This document shows positions 45,468-54,163 of a DNA stretch of 64,000 nucleotides, piece after piece. Numbering within the stretch: the first letter of the stretch is position 1; each line of letters opens with the position of its first letter. A program made the translations under genes and the position numbers. The stretch lies in the IMG/VR virus record IMGVR_UViG_3300045988_065440, positions 17,176 to 81,175 of that record; one strand, 5' to 3'. The DNA comes from a virus. The notes below the pieces were generated by a model. That model searched no databases. It saw only the letters and a program-made list of their open reading frames with translations, and had not been told where the DNA came from.

Positions 45468-45676
45468 AAGGAAAAGAGAGTGTTGCAATGGCAATTGGAT
45501 ACGGTTCCAAAGCAAAAGGGTCTATTGGATGCTTTATTGTACTTGCTGAATGGAAGAAATTTGAAGACGAAACATACCATATTGTAGACGTGAAGTCCGC
45601 AAAAGTAGACGGGACAAAGATAAAACCAGATACATTTTATAAACTTGTAAACGGAGAATTTGTTGCAGAAGAGTAG
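44922..45676 (+). CDS. repeat protein, full-length form requiring a -1 shift at the A6 tract
   Basis: The -1 frame reads TNTG[DYN][CR]SAA x 8 and runs without a stop into track ORF 45488..45676. The frames join at AAAAAA 45240-45245. Confidence 0.5.
45246..45461 (+). repeat. tandem repeat, 27 bp x 8
   Basis: Unit CCAACACCGGAKACYGTTCAGCGGCAA. The copies differ at only 2 positions. Confidence 0.95.
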
Positions 45677-45808
45677 TTTGGCTCCACGGGTACGGCAAAT
45701 ACCACGCAGAGCCACGTATCTAACTTAATTGGGTAAGTTAAATACAGGTAAAGTATAACATACCTTCCTGTATTTGAAAAGAAAATTTATACCAGGAGGG
45801 CATTTTTT

Positions 45809-45970
45809 ATGTCTAAAATCACAAAACACACCGAAAACGTAACTAAAAACCAGAGCCTTGCAAGCGAAATCATCGCAGATCAGGCGGCAAAAACAAAACG
45901 TCTGGAAGTCGCAGTTGTAGCGCTATCAGTAGTTTTACTTGCAATAGCAGCAACAAAAAGAAAGAAGTGA
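45809..45970 (+). CDS. 53-aa protein with C-terminal TM
   Basis: CCAGGAGGG SD. ...LEVAVVALSVVLLAIAATKRKK. Confidence 0.5.
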   Translation: MSKITKHTENVTKNQSLASEIIADQAAKTKRLEVAVVALSVVLLAIAATKRKK

Positions 45971-45975
45971 GGGAT

Positions 45976-46164
45976 ATGAGAAAAAGAATGTATTTTATCG
46001 GAGTGATGGCACAGGTTGGAACATTTTCCACGATTGCATTATTACTCTGGTGGATGACGAAAATGGATGTACTTAAACTGTTCTGCATAAGTGCGGCAGT
46101 GTCTTCAATGATATCCCTTCCTATTTTAATGCAGATAGAAAGGTGGGTAAACGGAGTTGAATAA
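45976..46164 (+). CDS. small membrane protein
   Basis: ATG 45976 after GTGAGGG. Two hydrophobic segments. Confidence 0.5.
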   Translation: MRKRMYFIGVMAQVGTFSTIALLLWWMTKMDVLKLFCISAAVSSMISLPILMQIERWVNGVE

Positions 46165-46774
46165 ACTTTTAGAAAACAATCAGGCAACACTGATTGGGAC
46201 AATTGAATCCAAGTTTGAATTTAGCCATGAAACATATGGAGAAAAGTTTTACACAATGCAGGTATCGGCAAAACGACTGAGCGATACAAAGGATATTCTT
46301 CCAGTTATGGTATCCGAAAGGCTTATTGATGTAACACAGGACTATACCGGAGAAATGGTTGAAGTTTACGGACAGTTCCGTTCTTACAACAAGCATGATG
46401 ACAAACGCAGTAAATTAATTCTCTTTGTTTTCGCAAGAGAAATTAAGTTTGCAGAGGAAGGTACATATCATACCAATAATATTCTTTTGGACGGATTTAT
46501 CTGCAAACCGCCAGTGTACAGAAAGACACCAAACGGAAGAGAAATCGCAGATATTCTTCTTGCAGTAAACCGCCCACATGGAATATCTGACTACATACCG
46601 TGCATTTGCTGGGGAAGAGATGCCAGATATATTGGCGGTTGCGAAGTTGGGGATAACATTCTTTTGCAAGGAAGAATACAGAGCCGAGAATACACAAAAA
46701 AAGTTGAAACTGAGGTTGAAAAAAGAACGGCTTATGAAGTTTCAGCATATTGGTTGGAGGATAAAACAGCATGA
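46157..46774 (+). CDS. OB-fold ssDNA-binding-like protein (tandem OB, tentative)
   Basis: LIGTIES...VEVYGQFRSY and LLDGFICKPP...ILLQGRIQSREY resemble two SSB-type OB folds. TTG start is uncertain. Confidence 0.45.
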   Translation: MNKLLENNQATLIGTIESKFEFSHETYGEKFYTMQVSAKRLSDTKDILPVMVSERLIDVTQDYTGEMVEVYGQFRSYNKHDDKRSKLILFVFAREIKFAEEGTYHTNNILLDGFICKPPVYRKTPNGREIADILLAVNRPHGISDYIPCICWGRDARYIGGCEVGDNILLQGRIQSREYTKKVETEVEKRTAYEVSAYWLEDKTA

Positions 46775-48747
46775 AAACAGTAGAATTGAAACAGCTTAAT
46801 ATTGAGAACTACAAGAAGTTTGAGTCTGCGGAGTATCAGTTTGTACCACGAACGATGGTATCCGGTAGGAACCGTCAGGGAAAATCGACACTGATGGATG
46901 CATATTTTGATACACTGACAGGAAAGCTTGCAGACGGTACATCTCCGAATAATGTCAGAAGAAAAGAAGATGGAGAAGAAGTTGAGGGTGTCGTATCCAG
47001 AGAACTCACACTTCTGATTGATGGAGAAGAAACCGTGATCCGTAAGGAAACGAAGAAAGGAAAATCTTCCAGTACCACAAAATATCAGGTTGATGGGTTT
47101 GATTACAACCAGACAAAATACAAAGATTTCTTAAAAAGAATTGCAGACCCAGAAACCATTATGATGTGTAGCAATGCCAGAGTATTCCTTAATGAACTTC
47201 AAAAATCAACAGCAAGTGCCAGAGCAATGCTTGAAAAGATGGCAGGATTCAATGCGGATAAAGTATTACAGGACAATCCAGAAGTTTCAGAAATTATCAA
47301 GAATCATTCTGTCGAGGAAGTTGTGAAAAAACTCAACAAAGACAGAAAAGATATCCAGAAGAAAATTGATGCCAAAAAGGTTGAGATTGATACCGTAAAG
47401 GAACAAGGAATGCCAGACGCAACAGTCCTTGAAGAAAAGAGAGGACAAGTTTTAAATCATCTGAGCGAGCTGAGGCAGAAAGAACAACAGCTGAGTGATT
47501 CTGGAAAAGCATATGATGAACTTTCCTATGAAATTGTAGGTCTTAAGAAGTCCAGAGATGCGATCATTTCAAATGCAGCAGAAGCATTACAGGAAGAAAA
47601 GAGAAAAATCGTTTCCTTATTAAATGACAGGCGATTCAAGCAGAAACATGAAGAAGAAAATCTCCGAATTCTGGGAAATTTCCTTGCGACCGCCGAGAAA
47701 CCAGAACGAATTCAGCAGAGAATTACGGTTTTGCAGGAGAAATATAAACAGACGTATGCGTCCACATTTGATGAAACAGTTTTAAATGCCATACAGAATG
47801 AAAAATTTGATCCTGAATCAGCTATTTGCCCGACCTGTGGACAGCATTTTCCAGAAGAACAGGTTGAACGTCTTAAAACTGAATTTGAACAGAAGAAACA
47901 GGAAAGAATCCGTGCAGAGTTTGCAAAAAAAGAGCAGTTTAAAGCAGACAAACAACAGAAACTTAAAGACATTACAGAAGAAGGCAATTCCGAAGTAGCC
48001 AGAAGAAAAGAAGTTGAGGAAAAGCGCAAAGACATCGAATCGCAGATTGAGCAGACAAAGAAAAATATTTCCACTCTGGCATCTGAGATTGCACAGAAAA
48101 ATCAGGAATTAGAGAAGCTTCCGTCAGAGCCAGATATGTCTGGAAACGAAGAGTATCAGGCAGTTGTAGCAGAAATCCAGAAGAAACAGGAACAGCTTGA
48201 TGGACTGACTAATAATTCTGAGGAAAATGCAGCAGTTCAGGCAGAAAGAATGTCTGCTGAAAAGGAACTTACAGGAATCGAAACAAAAATCGAGATGGCA
48301 AAACAGGCAGTTCAGAAACAGGCAGAAACTCTCGAACAACTAAATGCGGACAGAAAGAAATTAGGACAGGAAGATTCCGATATTCAGCAGAAACTTGACA
48401 TGTTGAAAGAATTTTCCATCAAAAAAAATCAGGAACTTGCAGAAGCTATCAATCCACATTTCAAGCACTTTCAGTTTCAGTTTTTGGACTATACGCAGGA
48501 CGGTGAGCCGGTGGAAGTTTGTAAGATGATTTGTGACGGAATCGGATATTTTGATGGATTGAATCACTCTGATCAGATTCTTTGCAACATCGACCTCGTG
48601 ACTGGATTGCAGGAATTGAACGGCTTAAACTTGCCAATTTGGGTTGATGATGTTGAAAGTGTGAATGCTGACAGAATACCAGATACAGACAGACAGATGA
48701 TTCTCCTTAAAGTTTCCGACAATGAATTAAAAGTGGAGGGGATTTAA
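46771..48747 (+). CDS. SbcC/Rad50-like AAA ATPase
   Basis: Walker A GRNRQGKST. Long coiled coil with a central CPTCGQ hook-like motif. C-terminal IWVDDVES (Walker B-like). Confidence 0.75.
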   Translation: MKTVELKQLNIENYKKFESAEYQFVPRTMVSGRNRQGKSTLMDAYFDTLTGKLADGTSPNNVRRKEDGEEVEGVVSRELTLLIDGEETVIRKETKKGKSSSTTKYQVDGFDYNQTKYKDFLKRIADPETIMMCSNARVFLNELQKSTASARAMLEKMAGFNADKVLQDNPEVSEIIKNHSVEEVVKKLNKDRKDIQKKIDAKKVEIDTVKEQGMPDATVLEEKRGQVLNHLSELRQKEQQLSDSGKAYDELSYEIVGLKKSRDAIISNAAEALQEEKRKIVSLLNDRRFKQKHEEENLRILGNFLATAEKPERIQQRITVLQEKYKQTYASTFDETVLNAIQNEKFDPESAICPTCGQHFPEEQVERLKTEFEQKKQERIRAEFAKKEQFKADKQQKLKDITEEGNSEVARRKEVEEKRKDIESQIEQTKKNISTLASEIAQKNQELEKLPSEPDMSGNEEYQAVVAEIQKKQEQLDGLTNNSEENAAVQAERMSAEKELTGIETKIEMAKQAVQKQAETLEQLNADRKKLGQEDSDIQQKLDMLKEFSIKKNQELAEAINPHFKHFQFQFLDYTQDGEPVEVCKMICDGIGYFDGLNHSDQILCNIDLVTGLQELNGLNLPIWVDDVESVNADRIPDTDRQMILLKVSDNELKVEGI

Positions 48748-48748
48748 T

Positions 48749-48988
48749 ATGGCAACAACTACATATAACATTCCAGAAGCAATCAAAGCACAGGACTGGT
48801 ACTGTAAAACAAAGATATTACCACGTTTTGCACCGGGCAATGGTATTTGTTGGGACTGCCACCAGAATATCTATTCCGAGAAAGGACGGACACGGTACGG
48901 AAAAGAAACGCACGGGTATTCCGTTGAAAGTGCAGCAGGGCAGTTGATTACGGGTTGCCCGTTCTGTAATAGAAGTTATTGCGAGTAG
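48749..48988 (+). CDS. zinc-binding small protein
   Basis: CWDCH...CPFCNRSYC. Confidence 0.55.
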   Translation: MATTTYNIPEAIKAQDWYCKTKILPRFAPGNGICWDCHQNIYSEKGRTRYGKETHGYSVESAAGQLITGCPFCNRSYCE

Positions 48989-49010
48989 TAAAAGTACAGG
49001 GAGGGGAAAT

Positions 49011-49457
49011 ATGCAGTTAGCAACTTGGGGAACATATAGATTTAAAGCCGATGCACAGAAATGCGCAGATGAAATCATGGAAATTTGTGATGAATTAGAA
49101 TCAGCTACGCCACAGCAGATTCTTGACAAAGCAAGAGATAGCAATACTGAACTTCACAAGTGCTTTACATGGGACGATACCGAAGCTGCCGAGAAATGGA
49201 GAGTACAGGAAGCCAGATCGGTTGTAAGAAATCTTAGAATCGTCGAGGTGAAGCCAGATAAAGAACCAGAGCCGACAACAATCAGAGTTTTCTACAAGAC
49301 GGATAACGAATCTGGATATAAACCAACAAAGTTGATCTTGAAGAAGCCAGACGAATATAAAGCACTTGTGGAACGTTGCAGGAGTGAACTTCTGGCAATA
49401 AAGCAGAAATTCCAGAATATCTCGGAATACGAAGAAATATGGGAAATGATTAATTAA
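49011..49457 (+). CDS. hypothetical protein
   Basis: 148-aa ORF with a GGGAGGGG SD. Confidence 0.6.
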   Translation: MQLATWGTYRFKADAQKCADEIMEICDELESATPQQILDKARDSNTELHKCFTWDDTEAAEKWRVQEARSVVRNLRIVEVKPDKEPEPTTIRVFYKTDNESGYKPTKLILKKPDEYKALVERCRSELLAIKQKFQNISEYEEIWEMIN

Positions 49458-50488
49458 ATGTCAAAGCTGCTACTGTGCTGATATTCCTACAGGAGTAGGA
49501 GCACAGAACACAACAACGCACAACAAAGCACGATACAGCACAATAGAACAGCATATTATGCAAAACTTTTATTCTTGTAGGTTTATGAGTGCAGTAGCGG
49601 CAAACTTCCTACGTTAATATGCCTGTAAAATGGGCAAATGAAATACATCACACGATAATACAGAACACAACAAAATAGGTTAAAACAAAATATTCGCTTA
49701 ATTTTACAGGTTTATGAGCGTAGGAAACCACAGCATTTATCAGTCTGCATAAGCAGAAAGACAGGATAACTCACAACAAAACAAAATAAAATAATTCAGT
49801 ATAGTGCAGTATCTCTTTCTTTTGTGCAGAGTGACGAGTGTTGTGAACACTTATTATAGGATAAAAAATCTTATAGCAGGAAATAGCAGCACAGAACAAT
49901 ACAACACAACACTTCAACGGAGGGCTGTTTTTCAGACGGTATAACCGTCAAAGCAAAACAACATAGAACACCACACGACATCATATGATAGCAAAGTATA
50001 CGATAGCAAAATATACGACAAAAATATGACCTTTATATCGTCTGCAAAGCAGTTCTCCAAAATTTGAATTTTGGGTAGGTGGCATGAAAAATGTCACACA
50101 GGATACTAAACGATACCATAGGACAATACAGAATAACACAGTATATGACACTGCAAGACAATTCATGTTACCTACCGAGCATTCAACACAGATGTATTTA
50201 ACTGGCAGTAGAATCTGCCAAGCACAGAAGATTATATCTTCGCACAATATAGAACAGCATACGAAAGTACAATATAGCACATTCTATTGTCGGCTAAGTG
50301 CATCTGAAATTTGCGTAAAGATTCAAGCGGGTTAATCCGCAGGATACCATAGGACACCATAGAATACCGCAGAACAAAATAAATCAAAACAGCATACTAC
50401 ATATGTATTTATTGCAGATTAATCTGTTTGGATGTTTGCGCAAACAGAAACTATAAATCAAATCATAAAATTTCGGAGGGAAAACATT
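49458..50488 (+). ncRNA. ORF-free structured A/C-rich repeat region (upstream array)
   Basis: No credible ORF. Seven AGAACA and two AGGACA copies, all on the + strand. Long-range helices 49622-49631/49701-49710 and 50074-50086/50164-50176 (2 G:U). Several perfect 6-bp hairpins. Confidence 0.45.
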
Positions 50489-51133
50489 ATGGCAACTAAA
50501 AAAGAAGAAGGAATCCAGTTACAGGCAATCAACGTTAAACATGCAACAATCACAATCGAAGGAGACGGAGATTTAGTCCTTAATAAGATGAATGATGTTG
50601 TGGCAATGGATTTAATTAACGCCAGAAAGGACAAGGCAAAAAGAACTGAAAAATCCAACGTTTGGGAAGAAATCATCACGTCTATGCATTGGAGAGATGG
50701 AAAACCTACAAACTTTTCGGAAGAAGGACTGATTGAAGCATTGCAGAACAATGCCCCATGTATCACAGCTTTTGGACTTCTTAAATCGTTCTGTGATGCG
50801 GTTGTCAGAAACGGCATCGACAAATACAGCACGAAATTTAAAGCAGGAGTAAATGTGACGGCAAAAGGCGGTTTAATTCCAATCACATTTGCCGAGCACA
50901 ATATTGATGAAAAACTCATGTCTCCAAAGAAGGGTGCTCCGGTGCTTGTGCATCTGAATAGATTTTCCGGTTGGAAAGCGACATTCGAGATTTCATATGT
51001 CGAGAATATTTATTCGATTGAACAGATCATCAATATCATCGAACTTGCAGGTTTTGGCGGTGGCATTGGCTCTGGACGCACAAGCGGATATGGTAGATAC
51101 CACGTTTCGAAAGAAAACATTGTGATTTATTAA
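50489..51133 (+). CDS. hypothetical protein with C-terminal Cas6/RAMP-type glycine-rich loop
   Basis: ATG 50489 with a GGAGGG SD. 214 aa. ...ELAGFGGGIGSGRTSGYGRYHV fits GhGxxxxxGhG, 12 residues from the C-terminus. Confidence 0.6.
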   Translation: MATKKEEGIQLQAINVKHATITIEGDGDLVLNKMNDVVAMDLINARKDKAKRTEKSNVWEEIITSMHWRDGKPTNFSEEGLIEALQNNAPCITAFGLLKSFCDAVVRNGIDKYSTKFKAGVNVTAKGGLIPITFAEHNIDEKLMSPKKGAPVLVHLNRFSGWKATFEISYVENIYSIEQIINIIELAGFGGGIGSGRTSGYGRYHVSKENIVIY

Positions 51134-51420
51134 AAGAATTTTTCAGTGGCATATGAATCCGGGTGAATGCCCGGAAGTATAGAAAATTTCAAGCAAATAC
51201 AGAACAGGACAGAAAAGGAAAAAACAGAAAAAGACAAATTATTTCATCCTGTTTCATATGCCACTGAGCATAACTCTCAGGTACATTCACGGTGGATTGA
51301 GATTCCACCAAAATAGGACAGTATATAACAACGTAACAAAGATTAGAACAGCGTAGCATAGATTTTTATTTTGAATTTCGATTCACTATGTATGTGCCTG
51401 AGAAAAGTATAAAAAATATA
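51134..51420 (+). ncRNA. ORF-free structured A/C-rich repeat region (downstream array)
   Basis: Perfect 15-bp helix 51143-51157/51253-51267 and 11-bp helix 51276-51286/51392-51402 (1 G:U). Each encloses a 6-bp hairpin plus an A/C-rich run carrying ACAGAACA / ATAGGACA / TTAGAACA. Confidence 0.45.
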
Positions 51421-51434
51421 AAAGGAGAATTAAA

Positions 51435-52379
51435 ATGGCAAACAAAACACAGGTAGCAACAGTAGGAGAACAGCAGGCAGCAGTTGTGATTAACAATCAG
51501 TTTATTGACGGATTGACAAAACAGCTTGAAGAAAAATGTAAATATGGTCTTTCGTTCCCAAAAGACTACAACTTGAGCAATGCACTTATGGGGGCATATC
51601 TAGTTCTCAAGGAAACGAAAGACAGGAATAACAAACCAATTCTGGAATCTTGTAGCCAGATTAGCATCGCAAACAGTCTTATGAACATGGCAACACTAGG
51701 ACTTTCAGTACAAAAAAAACAGGGGTATTTCATCGCTTACAGCGGTCAATGCCAGTTCCAGAGATCATATTTCGGAAATATGACGATTGCCAGAAGATAC
51801 GGAATGAAAGATATTCACGCAGAGATCATCTACCAAGGAGATAAATTCAAATATCATATTGAAGACGGAAATAAGGTTCTGGATTCTCACGAACAGGATT
51901 TTATGAACATTGATAACGAAAAAATCCTTGGAGCATACGCAGTTGTGCTGATGGAAGATGGGGCGAAGCATTTGGAAGTAATGAACATCAAACAGATTAA
52001 GCAAGCTTGGTCACAGGGCTTCGGATACAAGGAAAATGGGAATGGCACACACCAGAAATTCACTGATCAGATGGCAAAGAAAACCGTTATCAATCGTGCC
52101 TTAAAGCAGATCATCAACACTCATGGTGATGTTTTCGTACAGGAAGCGGACGATGATACAGAAACAGTTTCAAGAAATGACGCTTTTGCAGCTGATGTTG
52201 CATATGAAATCGAACAGCACGCCAATAAAGAGGAATTCATCCCAGAACCAATGGCAATCGAAGAACAGCCGAAACAGCCAACAGTCGCAGAAGCCGTAAA
52301 GACTGCCGAGAAAGAACCAGTTCCGGCAGCAGTTGTTGAGCCAGAGATTCCAGATTTTATGAAGCAGGAGGAAATGTGA
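51435..52379 (+). CDS. recT: RecT-family single-strand annealing recombinase
   Basis: ...GLSVQKKQGYFIAYSGQCQFQRSYFGNMTIARRYG...EIIYQGDKFKY...MAKKTVINRALK matches the RecT pattern. Confidence 0.8.
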   Translation: MANKTQVATVGEQQAAVVINNQFIDGLTKQLEEKCKYGLSFPKDYNLSNALMGAYLVLKETKDRNNKPILESCSQISIANSLMNMATLGLSVQKKQGYFIAYSGQCQFQRSYFGNMTIARRYGMKDIHAEIIYQGDKFKYHIEDGNKVLDSHEQDFMNIDNEKILGAYAVVLMEDGAKHLEVMNIKQIKQAWSQGFGYKENGNGTHQKFTDQMAKKTVINRALKQIINTHGDVFVQEADDDTETVSRNDAFAADVAYEIEQHANKEEFIPEPMAIEEQPKQPTVAEAVKTAEKEPVPAAVVEPEIPDFMKQEEM

Positions 52380-52380
52380 T

Positions 52381-52986
52381 ATGAACAATAAAGAAATTTT
52401 ACAGAAAGCAAAGGAACTGGTTGAACTTCTGGAAAAGCAGGAAGAAGCTGGCAAGGTTGCGCTGTCAATGCTGAAACGAGGAGATGTTTTTCAGACCACC
52501 GGGAAGCGTAAATACAAGGTTCTGGAACAGTATGGAGATACAACGAAAATTATTTCGCTTGATCTGGTGAAAGAAAATGTAGAGTTTGGTGATACCTTAG
52601 ATTACAAAGCATCAAATGTAAAGAAACTGTGTGACACAGAAATCTTAAATGATTTTGAGGAAGAATTTGGCGCTGAAAATATCGAAGAGCACACAGCAGA
52701 TATTATCACCGTGGATGGACAGAAATTGGGGACTGTTGATTGCAAAATTCGACCGATTACGTTTGATGAAGCGCGCGGATATACAGATATCACACCGAAT
52801 CCGTGTTTAAACGATTGGTATTGGACATTATCGCCATGGTCAACGAAAGAACGTGGATGGGAGAAAGCCTGTGCCGTTGTTTCCCCTTCGGGCTATTTCG
52901 ACTACGACTATTACTACAGCGTTAATGGTGTTCGCTCAGTTTGTATCTTAAAATCTAATATCTTTGTATCTAAGGCGGAGGAATGA
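52381..52986 (+). CDS. DGR target protein 1 (DUF6273-like / putative C-type-lectin-fold variable protein)
   Basis: C-terminus WYWTLSPWS...AVVSPSGY-FDYDYYYSVN-GVRSVCI carries VR1. Confidence 0.75.
   Translation: MNNKEILQKAKELVELLEKQEEAGKVALSMLKRGDVFQTTGKRKYKVLEQYGDTTKIISLDLVKENVEFGDTLDYKASNVKKLCDTEILNDFEEEFGAENIEEHTADIITVDGQKLGTVDCKIRPITFDEARGYTDITPNPCLNDWYWTLSPWSTKERGWEKACAVVSPSGYFDYDYYYSVNGVRSVCILKSNIFVSKAEE
52870..52947 (+). repeat. DGR variable repeat VR1
   Basis: 78 nt colinear with the TR. All 9 differences in the 62-nt core lie at TR adenines. Confidence 0.85.
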
Positions 52987-53597
52987 TTATGAAGAAAAAT
53001 CTGAAATATTTTGAGGATGAATTATCCCGATTAAGTAAAGAGTTCACGGAATTCAAGAAAAAGCACATCGGAAAGCCGGAAATCGGAAAAGCTATTGAAC
53101 TTGCAGGTATGGAATGGCTGATTCTGGATAAGACAGAAAAAGGATATTTTGCCATTTTGAATGGATTTGATGGAAAAGAAAGAACATTTGATTCAGATTC
53201 AAATAACTGGATTTCAAGTAAACTGAGAAATGAGTTAAACACTCGTTTTCTTAAAAAAATTACGGACGAGCTTGGAGAAGATGCAGTTATTGAGTTTGAT
53301 CGAGATTTACTTTCTATGGACGGCCAGACAGAATATGGACATTGTAAAGATAGGATTTCACTTTTGACTGTGGATGAGTACCGGAAATATCGTAAATTGC
53401 TGCCGAACATGTCGAAATGGTGGTGGTTGATTACGCCATGGAGTACACCAGTAAATGATTACAGTACAACAATTACCGTTGTTTCCCCTTCGGGCTATGT
53501 CAGCTGCGACATTTACAGCTTTTACGACGACGGTTATGGTGTTCGCCCAGCTTGTATCTTTTCTTCTTCAATCTTTGAATCAGGAAATGATGATTGA
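52983..53597 (+). CDS. DGR target protein 2 (paralog of target 1)
   Basis: WWWLITPWS...TVVSPSGY-VSCDIYSFYDDGY-GVRPACI carries VR2. Confidence 0.75.
   Translation: MIMKKNLKYFEDELSRLSKEFTEFKKKHIGKPEIGKAIELAGMEWLILDKTEKGYFAILNGFDGKERTFDSDSNNWISSKLRNELNTRFLKKITDELGEDAVIEFDRDLLSMDGQTEYGHCKDRISLLTVDEYRKYRKLLPNMSKWWWLITPWSTPVNDYSTTITVVSPSGYVSCDIYSFYDDGYGVRPACIFSSSIFESGNDD
53472..53558 (+). repeat. DGR variable repeat VR2 (9 nt longer than TR)
   Basis: 87 nt. It aligns to the TR if TR AATTACAAC is duplicated. All core substitutions lie at TR adenines. Confidence 0.8.
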
Positions 53598-53968
53598 TGG
53601 CAAATGAAGATTTAAAGGTAATAACAAAGGCCAAGCAACTTGCAAAGCATACATTAATAGTTACGAGTAATGCCAGACGATACCCGAAAAAATACAGGTT
53701 TTCACTTGTAGATAAAATGCAAAATAAAGCATTGGAAATTTATGAGTCACTATTTGAAGCCAACCGAACTGATCTGAAAGATTATAAAAGAGAGCGATTA
53801 GAACTTCAAACAAAAGCCATTACTCATTGTGATGAGTTGATGTACTTTATAGAACTTTCATATGAATTAGGAATTATCAATTCCGGTGGAATGGAAGCAT
53901 GGTCGCAAATGGTAAAAGATATAAAGTACATGACTATTTCATGGAGAACAAAAGACAGAAAAAGATAA
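53597..53968 (+). CDS. avd: Avd-like four-helix-bundle accessory protein
   Basis: ~123 aa, basic and helical (...YPKKYRFSLVDKMQNKALEIYESLFEAN...). Lies between the target genes and the TR, as in DGRs. Confidence 0.7.
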   Translation: MANEDLKVITKAKQLAKHTLIVTSNARRYPKKYRFSLVDKMQNKALEIYESLFEANRTDLKDYKRERLELQTKAITHCDELMYFIELSYELGIINSGGMEAWSQMVKDIKYMTISWRTKDRKR

Positions 53969-53990
53969 TTTTCACAGGTTATGCACTGCG

Positions 53991-54068
53991 AATACCGTTG
54001 TTTCCCCTTCGGGCTATATCAACAACAACAATTACAACAACGAAAATGGTGTTCGCCCAACATGGATC
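53991..54068 (+). repeat. DGR template repeat (TR)
   Basis: Non-coding copy of VR with an AAC/AAT-rich core (ATC AAC AAC AAC AAT TAC AAC AAC GAA AAT), directly upstream of the RT. Confidence 0.85.
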
Positions 54069-54163
54069 ACATGCAGACAGAGTAAGCGTAAAGCTGAAAT
54101 CAGAAAAGATACAAGCAAATGCATAACCTTTCCGCAATGGACAAATATAAAGGAACAAAATAA

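Noticed and set aside
45123-45549. ORFs 45123..45515(-), 45211..45510(-) and 45199..45549(+) in the track
   Set aside because: All are alternative-frame or antisense readings of the 27-bp tandem repeat. They have no SD, and the repeat periodicity keeps every frame open.
49458-50488. CRISPR array next to a Cas6-like gene
   Set aside because: There are no identical 24-40-nt direct repeats at regular spacing. The repeats are short degenerate motifs and paired hairpins, so a CRISPR call is not supported.
49458-51434. Type III toxin-antitoxin (ToxIN-like) RNA repeat array
   Set aside because: ToxI-type antitoxins are near-identical tandem repeats directly upstream of the toxin gene. Here the units are heterogeneous, occur on both sides of the gene, and are not tandem.
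53899-54126. 75-aa ORF in the track between avd and the RT
   Set aside because: It reads straight through the DGR template repeat (an Asn/Thr-rich translation of the AAC tract) and has no SD. The region is better explained as TR RNA.
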